Positions 38,046 through 52,500 of a DNA stretch of 64,000 nt are shown here, one piece after another. The stretch comes from Antedon mediterranea (Eukaryota; Animalia; Echinodermata): NCBI RefSeq assembly GCF_964355755.1, contig NC_092670.1:7306201-7370200 (forward strand), read 5' to 3'. Under the pieces are notes generated by a model, which ran no database searches, had not been told where the DNA came from, and saw only the letters and a list, made by a program, of their open reading frames with translations. Position 1 is the stretch's first letter, and each line of letters starts with the position of its first letter. The position numbers were made by a program, and so were the translations under genes.

Positions 38046-38938
38046 TGTCACACCAAAATCAGTCCGGGGCAAAATCGGTCCGGCGGACCAGTTTTGCCTG
38101 CCAAAATCAGTCCGGGGGACCATTTCTGGCTGCCAAAACCTGTCCGGCCGGACCAATTTTGGCCGCCAAAACTGGTCCGGCCTGGATTAAATCGGTCCGG
38201 GCAGTAGGACTGTTTTTGGCCGCCAAATATGGTCCGGTCTTACAAATATATGGTGCGCAAAATGAGTCATAATGTATATATCATTAAAAAAAAGGCCATG
38301 ATTAGTCATTATATTGAAAACTACGGGGTTTTTATTTGTTATTTTAATATTATAAATTAAGCCTGTTTTTTTATTATCATTATTAGTAGTAACTCATCAA
38401 TAATTAGTACTAATTGTTAGGCTTTTTGTATACAATATGTATCTCTGCCTGTTTTTAATCTATTTTGTTCTTTTTTAACATCGTCGTTTCCCCATGATGT
38501 TAAAAACAATTTAATTTATTAATTATTTATGGTTAATCAATCAATATATCAATTCAATACAATTATTATAAAACAATTATCCAATATTGATTAGGCTGAG
38601 GAAGGAAAAAGGTCTCAATCATAAATAAAATCTAGCTGGCAATATCAGCGTCTCATACCCATTCGTGTGTGAGGCCGAAATATGAGTGAACACCTAAGTC
38701 ATGTTTTTAGATAAAATACATTTATTTATAGTATTTATCCGACAAGATAACTTACTAATATATATCATGGGATATTTTTCTAGCCATAAACAACTTAAAA
38801 CAGCATCATAGGCCTAGTAATTCAATTAAAATCGACAGAAGAAAAGCCCGGACCGATTTTGGCAGTGGCGGACTGCTTTTGGCCACAATTTTAGAGCAAA
38901 AACTGGTCCGACCGATTTTGGCCATATTTATCGTGACA
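38046..38938. mobile_element. Non-autonomous Ginger-like DNA transposon with palindromic subterminal repeats
   Basis: TGTCAC...GTGACA termini, 4-bp TSD GAAC (38042-38045, 38939-38942), ~32-bp CCAAAATCGGTCC-GG-GGACCA-TTTTGG units at both ends. Confidence 0.8.
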
Positions 38939-40071
38939 GAACAATCATCTTCCACAATGCATGGGCCTACACCTACGATGTATTTTGGCCGCCTTACACA
39001 AAACCGTATTTGAAATGGATTGTGTGCGCTCATCATCTGATTATTTAGGTACACATTATGCACTGCAGTTGTGTAGGATAATGAATAACTACAACTTAAG
39101 ATTGTACCGGTATTGGATGAACAAAACTAAGTGTAGGCCTATACCTCTATGAATAAAACATTTAGCTTTGCTTCAATATTCTAAACAGTTACATAATCAA
39201 ACCGTATAATGCGATTGTAGAGTGGCTTTGGTTCGATATACAAATGCATCATTTATTGATCAATATTTATGTTTGCATCAATTATTAGGACAAGTTAAGG
39301 AGGAAGAATGCAGAGATTGTAAACTGGAGTTGGTTTGGTATTCTAATATTGGTCAATAGGGGGCAGCCTATATCCGGTCGTTTGTTAGTTAATTGTTGTA
39401 TACGTTTGTATTGGTCAATAGGGGGCAGTCTATATCCTGTCATTATTGTTGAGACGCTGTGAATCAGTATTTTGACTATACAGATATTGTGTACACAATG
39501 ATGTACCTTCGTTCGATAATCTATTTTAATTAAAAACTACATTAACACTGTGTGTTTTATATCAATATTGGGACTGCAGATAATCCAGATTTTATACTTT
39601 GTAGGCCTATACGGTATGTTATTGTACACATGCTACAAAATATTTTAATTGCTAAATACAATGACGATTATTTTTCTGTTGCGATATTTACAAATTAAAT
39701 AATTTCAATATTATCCTTTACAATGTTGTCATAAATCAATTGTTATTAATATTATTCCCCTGTTAGTTGATACAGCCGAAACAAAATACAAATTCAGTTC
39801 ATCAATACACTTTCATTAATACATTTTAAAGTCTTTTTTTTAGCAACGTCAAAAAGACCAAGAATGATGAATACGGATAACAAGTCGTCTACACACACGT
39901 CACGTCAGATCTCTGTCTTTTTTATGAGACTGGAGAACTATGCGCAATTTTGTTTAGCATAGCTGATACACTTTCCTTCTTTGACAAAATACCGAAAACG
40001 TATTATTATACATAGCGGTTGCGGTAACAGTACATAGTTATTACGCTACCAAACCGTGAATCTCTGATGAT

Positions 40072-43000
40072 TTAACTATCAACGTCATACACGTCAGAGC
40101 GGTAAGAACACCAATCGCGTGCTTCGTAGGTTTCAACCTGAATTGTTGCCACGTGGAGGTTGAACCTTGATTTCAGAAGCTTTTGTGCTCTGCTTAGAAT
40201 ATCTTGTCCATCTACTGGCTTCCCTTCATATAGGTTGGCTACAAGATAATAAGGAAATATATTCTATTAGAAAAACACAAGCAGGGTAAACACGCTGTGC
40301 CACTACAAAATCAAGGTCTTATTATTCTTAACTATCATGAAGAAAAGAATACTCAGTTTGAGAATATGTGGTTCTCATGTGAAATCCAGAACGGTCACTG
40401 GCGGGGAAACAGTTTTAACTCCCGTCAAAGTGGTTAAACTACTAACTCTGTGTTTCCACAACGGTAAACAAATTACTTTTTTATTAACATCGCATTCCCC
40501 TGTTACGAGAAGTTGAATAATCATTGTGGCGACGTATGCAAATCGGTATGGAATATACGTCGTCGGTTCCTACTTTTTTCTCACTTTTATTTGCGTCGAT
40601 AGGCCTACATTCCGTCTACGTCCTTCGCGTTGCGTCCTAGTGGGAATCAAGCTTAATGGTTACTCACCTAATGTTAGATGCACAGCTATTGCATTCACGC
40701 CGATCGTCAGTGACCATATATGTAACGAATGAATACTCTCAACTCCGTCTATTTCAACTAATGTACGCCTTATGTTTGTGTAATCTAAATTTCTTGGCGA
40801 AGCTATGTTGAGAAGAAAATATATTCAAGTTATACAAGACTTATAACATTAAATGATAAACATAAAGCTTCCTGTACCAGGCTTTGATTTGTAATTAGCT
40901 TTTTTTGCCGAAGATCACGCATATAATAGAACATATATATAATATATATATATAATATATACAATGTGTACAGTATGTGTGCCGAAGGGCTCCTAATCTA
41001 TTTTAAAAATGCGTACATTGGTGTAGATAATATACAGAGGCCTACATTTTTTGCCATAGGTAATATTTGTTGTTGATATTAATTTACCATATTATAAGTT
41101 CATCAGCAACTTCATATGGATAGAGAGTCGTGGTCCATTGTGTTCACAGAGCGTGTTTATTTGATTCGACATCGGCAATGTTCTTTAATGTTACCGCCCA
41201 GTACGAATCCTTTTCTCGTTTATCCCTGGTTGTAATATAATATAGAATACAACATATAATGTGAACACGAACATCTTTGACAAATGTGTGTACATACCTG
41301 CCATTAAAACCTTCATAATATCGAAAGAAATTCCAACTGTAGTTATAAGAACCAAGATTGCGAAGAGGAAAGTACAAATAGGATCGAGAATACCAAGATC
41401 AGGCTATAAATAAAACAAAACAAAAGACAAAATACAAGTGACATGTTCTTTCTTAGTGTATGGCAACATTAAAAGTCAAAAGTGTTGAATTAACAACAAG
41501 TTATTAAAGTATGACTGTTCAGAATGGTTCTTTCAATTCAACTGTTTTATTAATAAGGTAGACTTCCAATTCTCAAGGTATTTCTTGATTCAAAACACCA
41601 CAAGATATGGATGTTTCCAAGCTAATTATAGTTCTGACAACATATTTTTTTTTAACGAATATTAAGCTGAATCGCCGCCTAGGACCTAGAAAGATGGTTT
41701 GTGAGATGTCGTGTAGTGACGTAGCTATTATTATGGTTATTGGTAACCAACATTGGTTTTTACCATTTTACTTACGTTTATATAAATAATGATAGCGGCT
41801 ACTAGTACTACAGAACTTTGGATCATGTCACCGATCACGTGAACCATTGCTGTGCGCCGGTTGCCGCCATCTTCGTCGTAGAAACCACTGTAAATATCAG
41901 CTACAGCATTCAACTGCGCACGATCACGGGTTGAAGTTAGGCACATCTGCGCATGTGCAGGGCAGTATGTATGAAGAAGCAACGATATCCTACATAAGGA
42001 GAGACCAATATTGTTAGATTAATTTGTTACCAATATTAAACATTATGTTTAAAAAGCGTTAAAATGTATTATTAGCGGCGTGTGTGGTGGTCTCGGGTAC
42101 TTGTTGTGGTGCGCCCCTATTTTAGTTAAAAGTTTTGAATTTACCACACAGAGGTGTCGCTAATTTAAAACTGTATTATCTCCTCTTAATTTGGCTACCA
42201 ATAGAATCAAAACCAAAGATTTATTATTAATGCATGACACACGTGTGCTCTACCTAGCCGACATACACATTATCAGTACGCACGTCACAATATCAACGAC
42301 CAATTCTTAGTTGCCAAAAATATTAATTCCTTATTTCTCAATTTACACAGACGAGCGGTAACGGTCAGCGGAGCAAACAATATAGCATCTATGTTATTGC
42401 TTATGACCATTTACGTGAAGAGGACGGGCGGTTAGGATACACATTCATGTGGGACATACAAGCTACGCGGATTTCCGCTTACCGTTACCGCTCGTCTGTG
42501 TAAATTGGCTTTAAGTGTGTTGATTCATGCGTAACTTATCAGTATGAAATGTGTCATTAAACTTACAGAAAATTAACAGCTACGCCGCATGCGGCAGTAA
42601 TCAGCATAATATCCGATTGTACATCATACTTTTGTAGACGTACTCTCTCGATTCCAAAGTAAACAAGTATTCCAGTCAAAATCCAAATACATAATATAGA
42701 CAATAATGTAAAAATTACCTCTAGAAAAAAACAAACAAATCAAATATTTAACATCCATAAAACATTGTGAGATGAAACCTTAATCACATTTGACAAAGAT
42801 GGCGTCGCCAGTTTGGGTTAGACTTAGACGCAGATTTGTCTCATTATTGTTTTGGCAACGTGTTAAGGCAGAGAAACAATGAATAATACATGAACATTAT
42901 TATTTTTTAAATTGTATAAATTAACGTATGACGTCAGCATGAACAAACTACAAAATGTTAATGACACTAAGCAGCTATTTGTACAGAAAGTAAATAAAAT

Positions 43001-46000
43001 ATAACATAGAAATGAGAAAGGAACAAAAATGAATGTGGATGAAAAGAAAAGTCATTTTTTTTTCTATCTCCTATAAAGATTTAAAAAAAACGTTCACTGT
43101 AGAAATAAAATCGTGATCATTACGGAAATGGGGCATTGTATTAACAAAAACAACGTATGTTGTATATAGGTCAGTGTGTAATTATTGTAAAGTACAAATC
43201 GCCTTAGGGTGATTATTAAGCCTAAAATGAGTGGCTTAGTCATCAGTGGAAGCATAGTGACCGATGAATGTGAACTCACTCTATAAATCTCATTAAAGAC
43301 GTTTAGGATTAGGCGTAGGTGAAGTTGGTTCATATTCTGTACACGACGCCATTGACTGAATACCATTTTAAAAAATTGAGAGAGAAGAAGAGAAGAGAAA
43401 TTGATACGTGCGTTGCACTGCTGAGGTATTTGTTTTCACTTTTTGCTTACATCTTGTCTCAGAGGTAAAACACGTAACAAGCAGCACATGTTAACACCTT
43501 TATATCGAAGTACCGTAGAAGGCATCATACATACCTAATCGATACCAACCAAATGTCATCGATTTTGAAGGAGAACGCTCCGACATCCAAAGTGCAAATA
43601 GACTGATAAGAATAGTTATTAGATCCGTTAGCATGTGTGCAGCGTCCGTGAAAATAGCAAGACTATTCGACATATACCCTCCTAAAATAAAATGTACGTA
43701 AACAACAGTTTAAGATGGACGTTGAAAGTGGGACATTCATTTGAAGTAAATGTCATTATTAGTAAAAACCAAAGAGTCTCCGAAACGACAAAGGAAATTA
43801 TAAACGTTACTTTATTAATTACATCTGAATATTTAAATGTAGGCCTACCCTTACGGTGATTTAACGTTCACGTAGTAGGCTAATCAACGTGAATGTTTAA
43901 AACAAATCAAAATGACTGTCGCCTAACGTCACATAGTATAAACAAACGATTGTAGAGTACTTTTCCTTGAAGAGTAAAGTTGATTTCTCAACGTACATAT
44001 CTTCAATATGGCAAATTAGAAGAAGGTTGTAGTTGGGAGATGTGGAAGGCATATTGCTTAAAATTAAACTTTGAACTTTAAGGGAAAAAAGTCTACTATC
44101 TACAATAAATACCTATAATTTCGCCAGCTGTAAAAATGAAGCACACGATAGCTGCTAATATCAACTTTTGTCGAGCGACTCTTACATCACCACGCCGAAC
44201 ATACAACCTCCTTTCGATGTCAGCGTTGAAGTCGTCGAACGCTCCGTAGTCCATGTGGCCGGGAGGCATGAGGGAGATTCCATCATCACTCTTTCCACCT
44301 TTCCTTCTTGCTCCTTGCCTCGGACTTGACGGAGGGATTCTTGAAAATAAAAAAATAATATAATAAAGAAATGTTTTGTACTAGTTAGGGTAGATAGGGT
44401 CATTTGTATAAGGTTTATCTCGATCTCGCTATAGTATTCAAGTAATTTTTCTTTTGGATGATCCAAAGTTTAATACCAGCTTTCGCTGGTCAACGACGCA
44501 GCTTACTACGACGACTTTTATTTGACTTTGGATCATCCAAAAGAAAAATTACTTGAATTTTAGATTTTAGGTCCATTAGTTTCACGTTATCTTGCCAAAA
44601 TGTTTATGCATGCATCTTTACATAACGGGTAGCCTACAGTTGAATTATCGCTACATGTCATTCATCAATACATATTTCTTTACGCAATCACCTCTCTGTC
44701 AAAAACGTGCGGCTCAATCGACCACCAACCAATCTCGATCCACGCCGTGAGTCAATATACGACCTACTGCACTACGCCTACTCACATCACGTTTCGTTTC
44801 AAATGTGAAAGGGACGCTTCAACATGTCAAATAGTGAGATACTCCTGGGTATGCAAATATTGCCTATACGTCTGCTAAAAACCTAAGTGCGGAAATATCG
44901 ACAAATCGTCATACTACCGTGACATGAAAGTATACTACGCCTACTCACAATATCAACAGGTAATACTGTAAATCCTCTAGTTTCGCTATCAACCAATATC
45001 GATCCAACCCGTAACATGAATGTATATTACTTCATACACAGTTACGTTTTTTAAAACAATAACCATGATGAAGGTAATCTATTACGTCCACTCACAATCA
45101 AAAGGCAAACCGTATGAAAGTCAGACTACTTTAATTACGTTCCAAATACAATTACAGTAGTAACCATCATAAAAGTGAACTAGCTTACCCAAAATTATGT
45201 ATATCATTAAAGCTTCAACCTATTAATGATCAAGACACAACCTTGCGCTGATTACTATATCTGCATTGTGGGAGTATGTTTCCATAATGACTGGGGTAAT
45301 AATGTTCAGCGCTTAAGATTGGTTCCCACTAGGACGTAAACGCAACGCAAGCGTTTTAACCAATGACAAGCGAAGTTATAGACAGTTAGCAATCACAAGC
45401 GAATAAGCCATCGCTTGTGATTGGTCAATTCACTTCTTGCGTTGCGTTACGTCCTTGCGTTGCGTCGCTAGTGGGAACCACGCCTTAGTTGTTTCATTAG
45501 GCGCTATATAAATCCAGGATATTATTATAATATTATTAAACTTAGATATGACATAAACAAACAACAGCAATCTAACTCAATCAATTCCCTTAATCTAACT
45601 CGATTATCTCATCAGAACTCATTCGAACATTACCATCAAAGAACGTGATATGTTTACATATTCCTCTCCACACACAACTTCCAACGTAATAATTACATGT
45701 ACCATGACCACACTGTGGAACAACTTACCTGAAAACATTTGAAAATCTGTATTGAAGAAAAGCTTTTCTCAAATAATACCACTTTTACAGTTTGTTTTTC
45801 ATTTTTGCAATTGGTCTTTTCTTTTTCCTTTTTTTCTATTTGTAACCCGTCTGTTTTTTTGTACTTTTTTAGGCTTTTGCCCTCTTCTATAATTTAGTCA
45901 TGCTTTGTATTTTGTCAAAGAAAATAGATGTTTACCCGAAATGTATTCCACCCACACTTAAATATGTTTTGTGAACGATAGCAGATAATCGAACTTTATT

Positions 46001-47355
46001 ACGCCACCCACATAACAAATTCCAGAAATAACAAACGTATCGGTTTTAAACTATACTGATTGCATAAATCACAATACCTTATCCTTACTACTGCGCATGC
46101 GCGTGTAATTGACTGGTGTCAAGTTTTTTTTTATAAAGTCAATAATTTGTCTTAGGCCTAAAGTTACATTCACACTTGTTTCGTCTCTAGGAACGAATAT
46201 CACAGGCACCCATCCATCCGGATGATGTCTATTGAAAAATATGTATGTACTCTTTTACTATTTTCTGATATTAGATACTCAGATATTAGAAACCATTGAT
46301 AAAAAATGAAGACAAAATGATGCTACTAATTAAATTGCCTGGTAACATGATGTTAGTTCGATAATTACATTTTACATCATGAGCAACAGCTATTACTAAA
46401 TATAAATTCACAAGGGACCTTTTCCCGATATTAATTACATGGATTATTCATACATTGCTAATAATTAAGTAAAAATTATACATTAAACTCTGCGTAAAAC
46501 GGTAATTACGTTCGACCTCCCAATGCATTATCACAGACGCGAACAAAAGAGAGCCGGATTAAAGCAAGTAATTGGACATAACGTTGTTATTTGATCAGTA
46601 ATTTTAATGTTGATTAAAATGTAAATATAGATGAATGAAATAAAACTACAAACTGGTATAGTATAACAAGGGAAGACTAATTTTACTCTTCTGTGGTATA
46701 ACTTGATACTAAAATAATGGTCCCTAAAAATTATCTTAACGAAATCCTGAGTCTAATTCTTAACTAACTGTAGGCCGATTTTAACACACAAAAATAGGCT
46801 CTCCAGATCGAATTTGGTGTGATTCGAGTATCCTAAACATTGGCAGCGCATACAATTGCCACAGTCATGATGTTGCCTCAGCATAGACCAAATGAATCCA
46901 ATGTTGATTTACGCTTATTTCTTAAATATTACTATGCCTTAATAACATGCAACCAGAAAAGAGGAATTTTAAACATAAAGTCGTCTCTCATGCTTAGGCT
47001 ACTGGTTTATTAAATACTATAGCGTAGGGCCTAGAGCAAAATTAATTGATAATCAAACGATTAAAATAGACAAAATAAAAGTTCCAAGTTGTTGGTGGTG
47101 GAAACTTTTTTGTTATTCGTGTTTTGCACACAACAACCAAGTAAATTTTAATACAGGTACTTACAACGTAATACATTACTGCTGGTGATACCACTTTTTA
47201 TAGTTCACTGCTAATTCGCAAACAACATCAATACTCACTTGTTTATAACTTAAGGTTACAGATTACAAAACAAATAGACCTATACAAAAAAAATCGAACA
47301 AGACATCCATTACCTACCGTTTCCTTTCTCCTAATCTTGGCGATTTGTCTGCCAT
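40072..47355 (-). CDS. SLC30 (ZnT, cation diffusion facilitator) zinc transporter, ZnT2/3/4/8 group, 395 aa
   Basis: Eight phase-consistent exons: 47355-47318, 44339-44113, 43681-43535, 42720-42567, 41989-41776, 41403-41298, 40802-40668, 40238-40072 (1188 nt). Motifs [53 protein letters not shown]. Confidence 0.95.
42339..42507. mobile_element. MITE with ~34-bp terminal inverted repeats in a ZnT intron
   Basis: CAATTTACACAGACGAGCGGTAACGGTCAGCGGA / TCCGCTTACCGTTACCGCTCGTCTGTGTAAATTG. Confidence 0.75.
44436..44558. repeat. Perfect 34-bp inverted repeat with 55-bp spacer (small MITE or foldback)
   Basis: ATTCAAGTAATTTTTCTTTTGGATGATCCAAAGT (44436-44469) and its exact reverse complement (44525-44558). 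Confidence 0.9.
45244..45538 (+). mobile_element. 3' fragment of the SINE family seen at 36058, interrupted by a MITE
   Basis: Shares CTGCATT-TGGGAGTATGTTTCCATA, CTGGGGTAATAATG and GGCGCTATATAAATC...TATTATT with 36230-36375. Confidence 0.75.
45316..45484. mobile_element. PIF/Harbinger-type MITE, TTA TSD
   Basis: TIR AGATTGGTTCCCACTAG / CTAGTGGGAACCACGCC, TTA on both flanks. Related copy at ~49332-49430 and a right-end remnant at ~40620-40655. Confidence 0.85.
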
Positions 47356-47451
47356 ATTCCAAGGTATAGCCGTATCCACTCCAGCTACTGAACGAATGCT
47401 TTACAAACACGACATCTATCAATAATATCTAACGCAACAAGCCGCAGCGTT

Positions 47452-47461
47452 CTGATTGGTC
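47452..47461 (-). promoter_or_regulatory. CCAAT box in the ZnT proximal promoter
   Basis: GACCAATCAG on the minus strand ~100 bp upstream of the ATG at 47355. Confidence 0.4.
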
Positions 47462-49331
47462 GAACTGTGGATGAAGTCGCTGAAGTGTTCAAATTAATAC
47501 TGAGAACAAAATTGCAAATACAAGATACAAAAATAAATTAAAACTATAAACGTGATAAATCGAAGAGGTAGACAATATACTATCACTAATACAAAACACA
47601 ATTACATTTACTGTATTGCTGTTAGCAGTACTTTTTCAATTAATAAACATAAATTCTTCCTTCTGTATCTCGTATTGTACCTAGTAAAATTCTACGATAC
47701 TGCGCCACATCACTAAACAGCATCATATAAACTGTATTTACATGTTAAAGACCTACCTACCTTAAAATGATTCGAAACCGCATGTACCGCACAATGTATA
47801 GGCTACAGTACAGTATCATGGAATTTATGCCAGCCAGTAAGACTGATAAATATGCGGATGGTTTGATCATGAAATTAGAATTTACAATGTGACCACGGGT
47901 TACAAGAATAAACTTTGTAGATTAGTACTTGCTCCATACCTCATGATGTATGATAAATTAAAGACAGCGACATGTACAGTAGTTGGTCACTCATGTTTTT
48001 CCAAACACAATACAGTCGAGTACAAAATTGAAGTATAAACAATAGAAAAAAATGTTCAATTGAAACTACCGGTTAAAATTAAACTTTAGACGAAGAAAAA
48101 TGAAACATAACGTATCGAATAATGTGACAGTACAATTATAACAAGGAATAGAAAATGTTACGTTTTAAAGCAGGGTGGATTAAGTTAAACCATGAGATAT
48201 TTCAGGAGTAAAACAGACTCATTAAAATGATACGAAAGCTTATCGGCCATAATACCAGAGAGGAGAGAGGAGGCAATAATCAATTCATCAGGTAATTAAA
48301 TATTAATTGAGTTATTGATGGCGTTAATTTACATTTTTAATTTAAAATGCGTTGTTTTCAACGTTATATTCCAAGACGTTCAATAAAACCTAACTTGATT
48401 TTTTGTTATTCGCTCGATTTGTACGTTATACTTTAAGGCGTCTAATGATAAACGAACCTGTATTGTTATTCATTTGTAGTCTAATTGTATTCACCGTTTG
48501 TATCAATGCTGCTGAGATAATATAATATTCTGCTTATGTTATATTTTACAGCAAAATTATGTAATGATTCTTGTTATTCACAATCGGATCTATATATAGA
48601 TTGTCACTGCAATTATATTTATAATAGTTCATATTTTTGGCGACATTTTATCGTGAAATATCATTTTTAACCTAATGGTATTGATATTGAGTTTAATGGG
48701 TTTGTCTTTCTGCAATGCATATTATAAAACGTTGTTATGTCTTCTTCGCATTCGGTTGGAACCAATGTAACCATAAGCCATACATGTATAAAGTAATTAA
48801 TGTATTCAAATTAAATTAAACCATAGTCATAAGCTTAGCTTAGTTGCATAATATTGTTATACGGCTGATGAAATAAGTGGAACGTACTCACAAAAAAGCT
48901 ATACGAAAAATAAGTAATTCCACAGGTTCGCTTCTATATACATATAACGTACATTCGGAACGTTTTTTTGGACCCGTTCATAATGATGAATACAGTTATA
49001 CATAGTAGGATTTAAAACGGCAACATTTTCACCAAGAGCAACCAGGACACAGTATAAAAAGAAAATTAATAAAACGTAGGACTAAGCCTTATAATTCGTA
49101 TTTCACGTACATTACAATTCTCTTGTGATCTTAAGTATTAGTAATCTTTCACCTATATGTCAGGTATACACATTTCTTTCGAGATATTATAAGAATTAAG
49201 ATATACGGCAAAATACCGAACGTGTTTCGGAGAACCTGATTATGATAGAAATTATAGGGCCTACATACATGATGCAGTTGCTACAACTAGGCTCATCCTG
49301 CTTTTAAATGTTTAACAGTCACCACCCCAAA

Positions 49332-49562
49332 GCTTGGTTCCAACTAGGGACGTAAGCTGCAATTGAATTGACTGATAACAAGAGACAGTTGGAATAATCA
49401 ATCGCTTGTTTTCTAGTGGGAACCAAGTCTAAAGCTCTGTCTACACTATCAAACTTTATGTGAAAAAAATGCGATGTGATATGGTCATGATAATGTTATA
49501 TCACAACCATATTTGGGAACATCACACTTTTGTCAAACTAGTTTGAAAGTGTAGACAGAGCT
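49332..49562. mobile_element. Two abutting Harbinger-type MITEs (~49332-49430 and ~49433-49562)
   Basis: AGCTTGGTTCCAACTAG...CTAGTGGGAACCAAG followed directly by AGCTCTGTCTACACT...AGTGTAGACAGAGCT, with TWA junctions. Confidence 0.8.
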
Positions 49563-52500
49563 TTAGGGAATAAAGGAAGTCCGCATGTTGTATACGGTTT
49601 AACTACTTTTACATGCAGATCGCGTATAACTATAGTATAACGTATTGCAACTGAGCCTATGTGCTAATAAGTTGGTAAATTGCCCACGTCTCACAAGTAC
49701 AAGTAATATAAACTGAATGTAGGGTATCTATCATTCTATCCAACTAGTTATTACTTTACTATGTGGGATTGTAGGGAGTCGTTAAATGACCAAACATGCC
49801 GCGCAGCACATTATGTTCGAGGTATCGTGCACCACTAATCGACACCGGCTTCGCTAATGGTTTTCCTTTATGCAACTTAAAATGTATATATTCTAAGATT
49901 AATAAAGCAGTGCGTATCGTATTCGAAGTTCAATCAAGGACATCAAAGATAATTCTATAAGTTTTGATATTGATAGATTCTTTAAAAAGTTAGCCAATTG
50001 AGTTAACTTATTCCATTTCCCCAACTCATTCGTAAACGTGAGTATAAAGATGTGTCGCCTGTGCGCACATTTAAGCCAAATTATGACCACTACGCCACCA
50101 GATGACCGTAGGCCTACTATTTTCGATGACTCGTGAACGTCCCGGAGAAACCAGGAGAAAAGTGAGGCGTACCGACACTACGAATGCACTTTGTCCTTTC
50201 GTATTATTTCAAACTTTCCTTCTTCATTCTTTAAATACGAATAATTATTCTCCTCGTCGTGAAATTGAAGTTAATCCGATTTGATTACGTTTTAACGAAA
50301 TTACACAAAGTAATAAGAAGAAACCAGCTACAATTTCACGGAAATGTAATTATTTCATTAGGCGTCGTTCACATGTCTAATATTAGTACTGTCATTATAC
50401 GCTTCTAATAGGTATAGATACCATCAAGTAATGTTTACATAGTTTAGGATCCCATTGGAAATAAATGTTAGGCCTATTTTCTAAGACAATTTACAGGAGC
50501 TTTCCTTGCATCATTTTAACCTTTGTAAACATTTGTATGCTTATCGTTTGAATTGTAAAGGTCTTGATGCTAAATAAAATAATACATAGGCCTACTGTAA
50601 CAAATAAAACATGTAGATATGTTAAGTTTTATAAACAAAATTGACATTGCAACCAGCTTGGATGTGACCAAAACAGGAATTGTGAAACTTTTAACATGTG
50701 CTATATTTTGACGTCACTGATAATTCGGATTTGAACAAGAAATAACTGTAAAACATTAGTTGGTTAAAAATGGGATAACGAAATGAAAGGGGAAGTAGGG
50801 GGATTCCTACTCCCCTGTCGGTGTTTCTAAAAGGTCATTCTTTATGTTTAAAAAAATTGTAATTAGAACAACACTGGAGTATAAAGTATTAATATGAATG
50901 CATTTTACGGAATTAAAAAAAGGTTTTTGCAACCTTAATCATTATAAGTTACAAACATGTCAAACAATTTCATCTTCTTTATAAACAATGATGCCGTAAG
51001 TATACGTGATTATAGTACAGTATATGTAATAGAATACATGAATTTAACGCCTAATGTCGTTCACAAATATTCATCCAGATAGTGACACGTTATTATTTTA
51101 ACACCGTCTTATTCATATGTGCCATTATTCCACCAAGATAGAATAATTGTCATTGGATCGCATATTAACCAACAATCTCATTAGCATTAACTTAATTGTA
51201 TTGTCCATAGCTATATACAATAAAATGTAACTTATTAAATGATAATCATTAGATAGACAAAATTCTAGTAACCATTAAAAATATTATTATTCTACTTAAA
51301 ATATCGGCCATGATTGTATGACGCAGCTGAAATCCTTGTTAAATAAAATACAGTATAATATAATAATATCGATAATTTTTAAATAAAAGTAAACATTAAA
51401 AACCCTATATATAAAACCTGTTAGAGCGTGATACAAAAAAAGACACATTATATGAATCGCGCTTGAAAAATATTAAAATAGTACAGCTTTTATACGCGCG
51501 CGCATATTTTCTGCCTTTCATACGCACGCGTCAGTTTATTGTCTCTTTCTGGAGTCACACAAAAAAATCGAATCTAATCAAACAATTGCACAGAATGTAA
51601 TTCACATAAATTCTTATCTTCGTTAAATTTGAGTTTTATCTAAAACTGGCAACTCCTAACAATATATCTAGAAAATAGTTTGTACAAATCTCCTCGTAAA
51701 ATATATATAATATACTTTATACAATAGACAATAAGGAATTGTAATATGAAAAACTATAGGCAGTCAATAAGGTTATTGTGCAAATAAAATGTTACTGTAT
51801 TAATATTATTAGTCATAGAATGGATAAGTAGGAAAAACATGATTCATTATCGAATTGTGCTAATTTCTATAGATTATTTTGCAACAATAAAGATCGAGCA
51901 TAGTTCCCGCTGATAACCAAATTAAGAAGAAGAAGAAACGTTGAACCATGACGTTCCTCTCATTATTTGGAGTTTATCTTCTGATATAATATACGGCATA
52001 TTTTAACATAAATTTACAGTATTAAGAATATTAGAAACATTGTATATAAATTACATCCAAATACAGGCCTCTTTTCTAGTATAATGTATCATTAGTAACT
52101 ACCTTCCAAAGATGGGCATCCTTGTCGTGTTTAATGTCGAGTACATTATACACGACAATGCTGTACGACACAACATTATGCTCTTGTCGAGTATAATGTT
52201 GTATCATTTTAAAAAAGGCTACTTTTTAAAACATTGTAATCAGCCATCGGCCTACTTTTCGAGATATTTTAAAGATCATACTGTATCTTCTTTCTATTGG
52301 GTATACTAAATAAAACATGTACTGATTTGTAGAATATATAAAGACGAACTGTTGCATCAAAGTAGCTTGAAATTATACAACAGTATCTGTTGGGCCTGGA
52401 GTGCCTTTAAGCCACAATTATTTGCATTTAGTTTTAAACACAATCGCTATTCAACATGTCTAATATTACAAAGGTAACTGTATCCAAAGGCCATCAATAA

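Noticed and set aside
38050-38240. CRISPR-like array of palindromic ~32-bp repeats, and ORFs 37899-38156 and 38019-38207
   Set aside because: No unique spacers, no cas genes, animal genome; these are subterminal repeats of a TSD-flanked transposon and the ORFs are repeat artefacts.
47125-47131. Metal-response element TGCACAC in ZnT intron 1
   Set aside because: A single 7-mer is expected by chance; no cluster was seen near the promoter.
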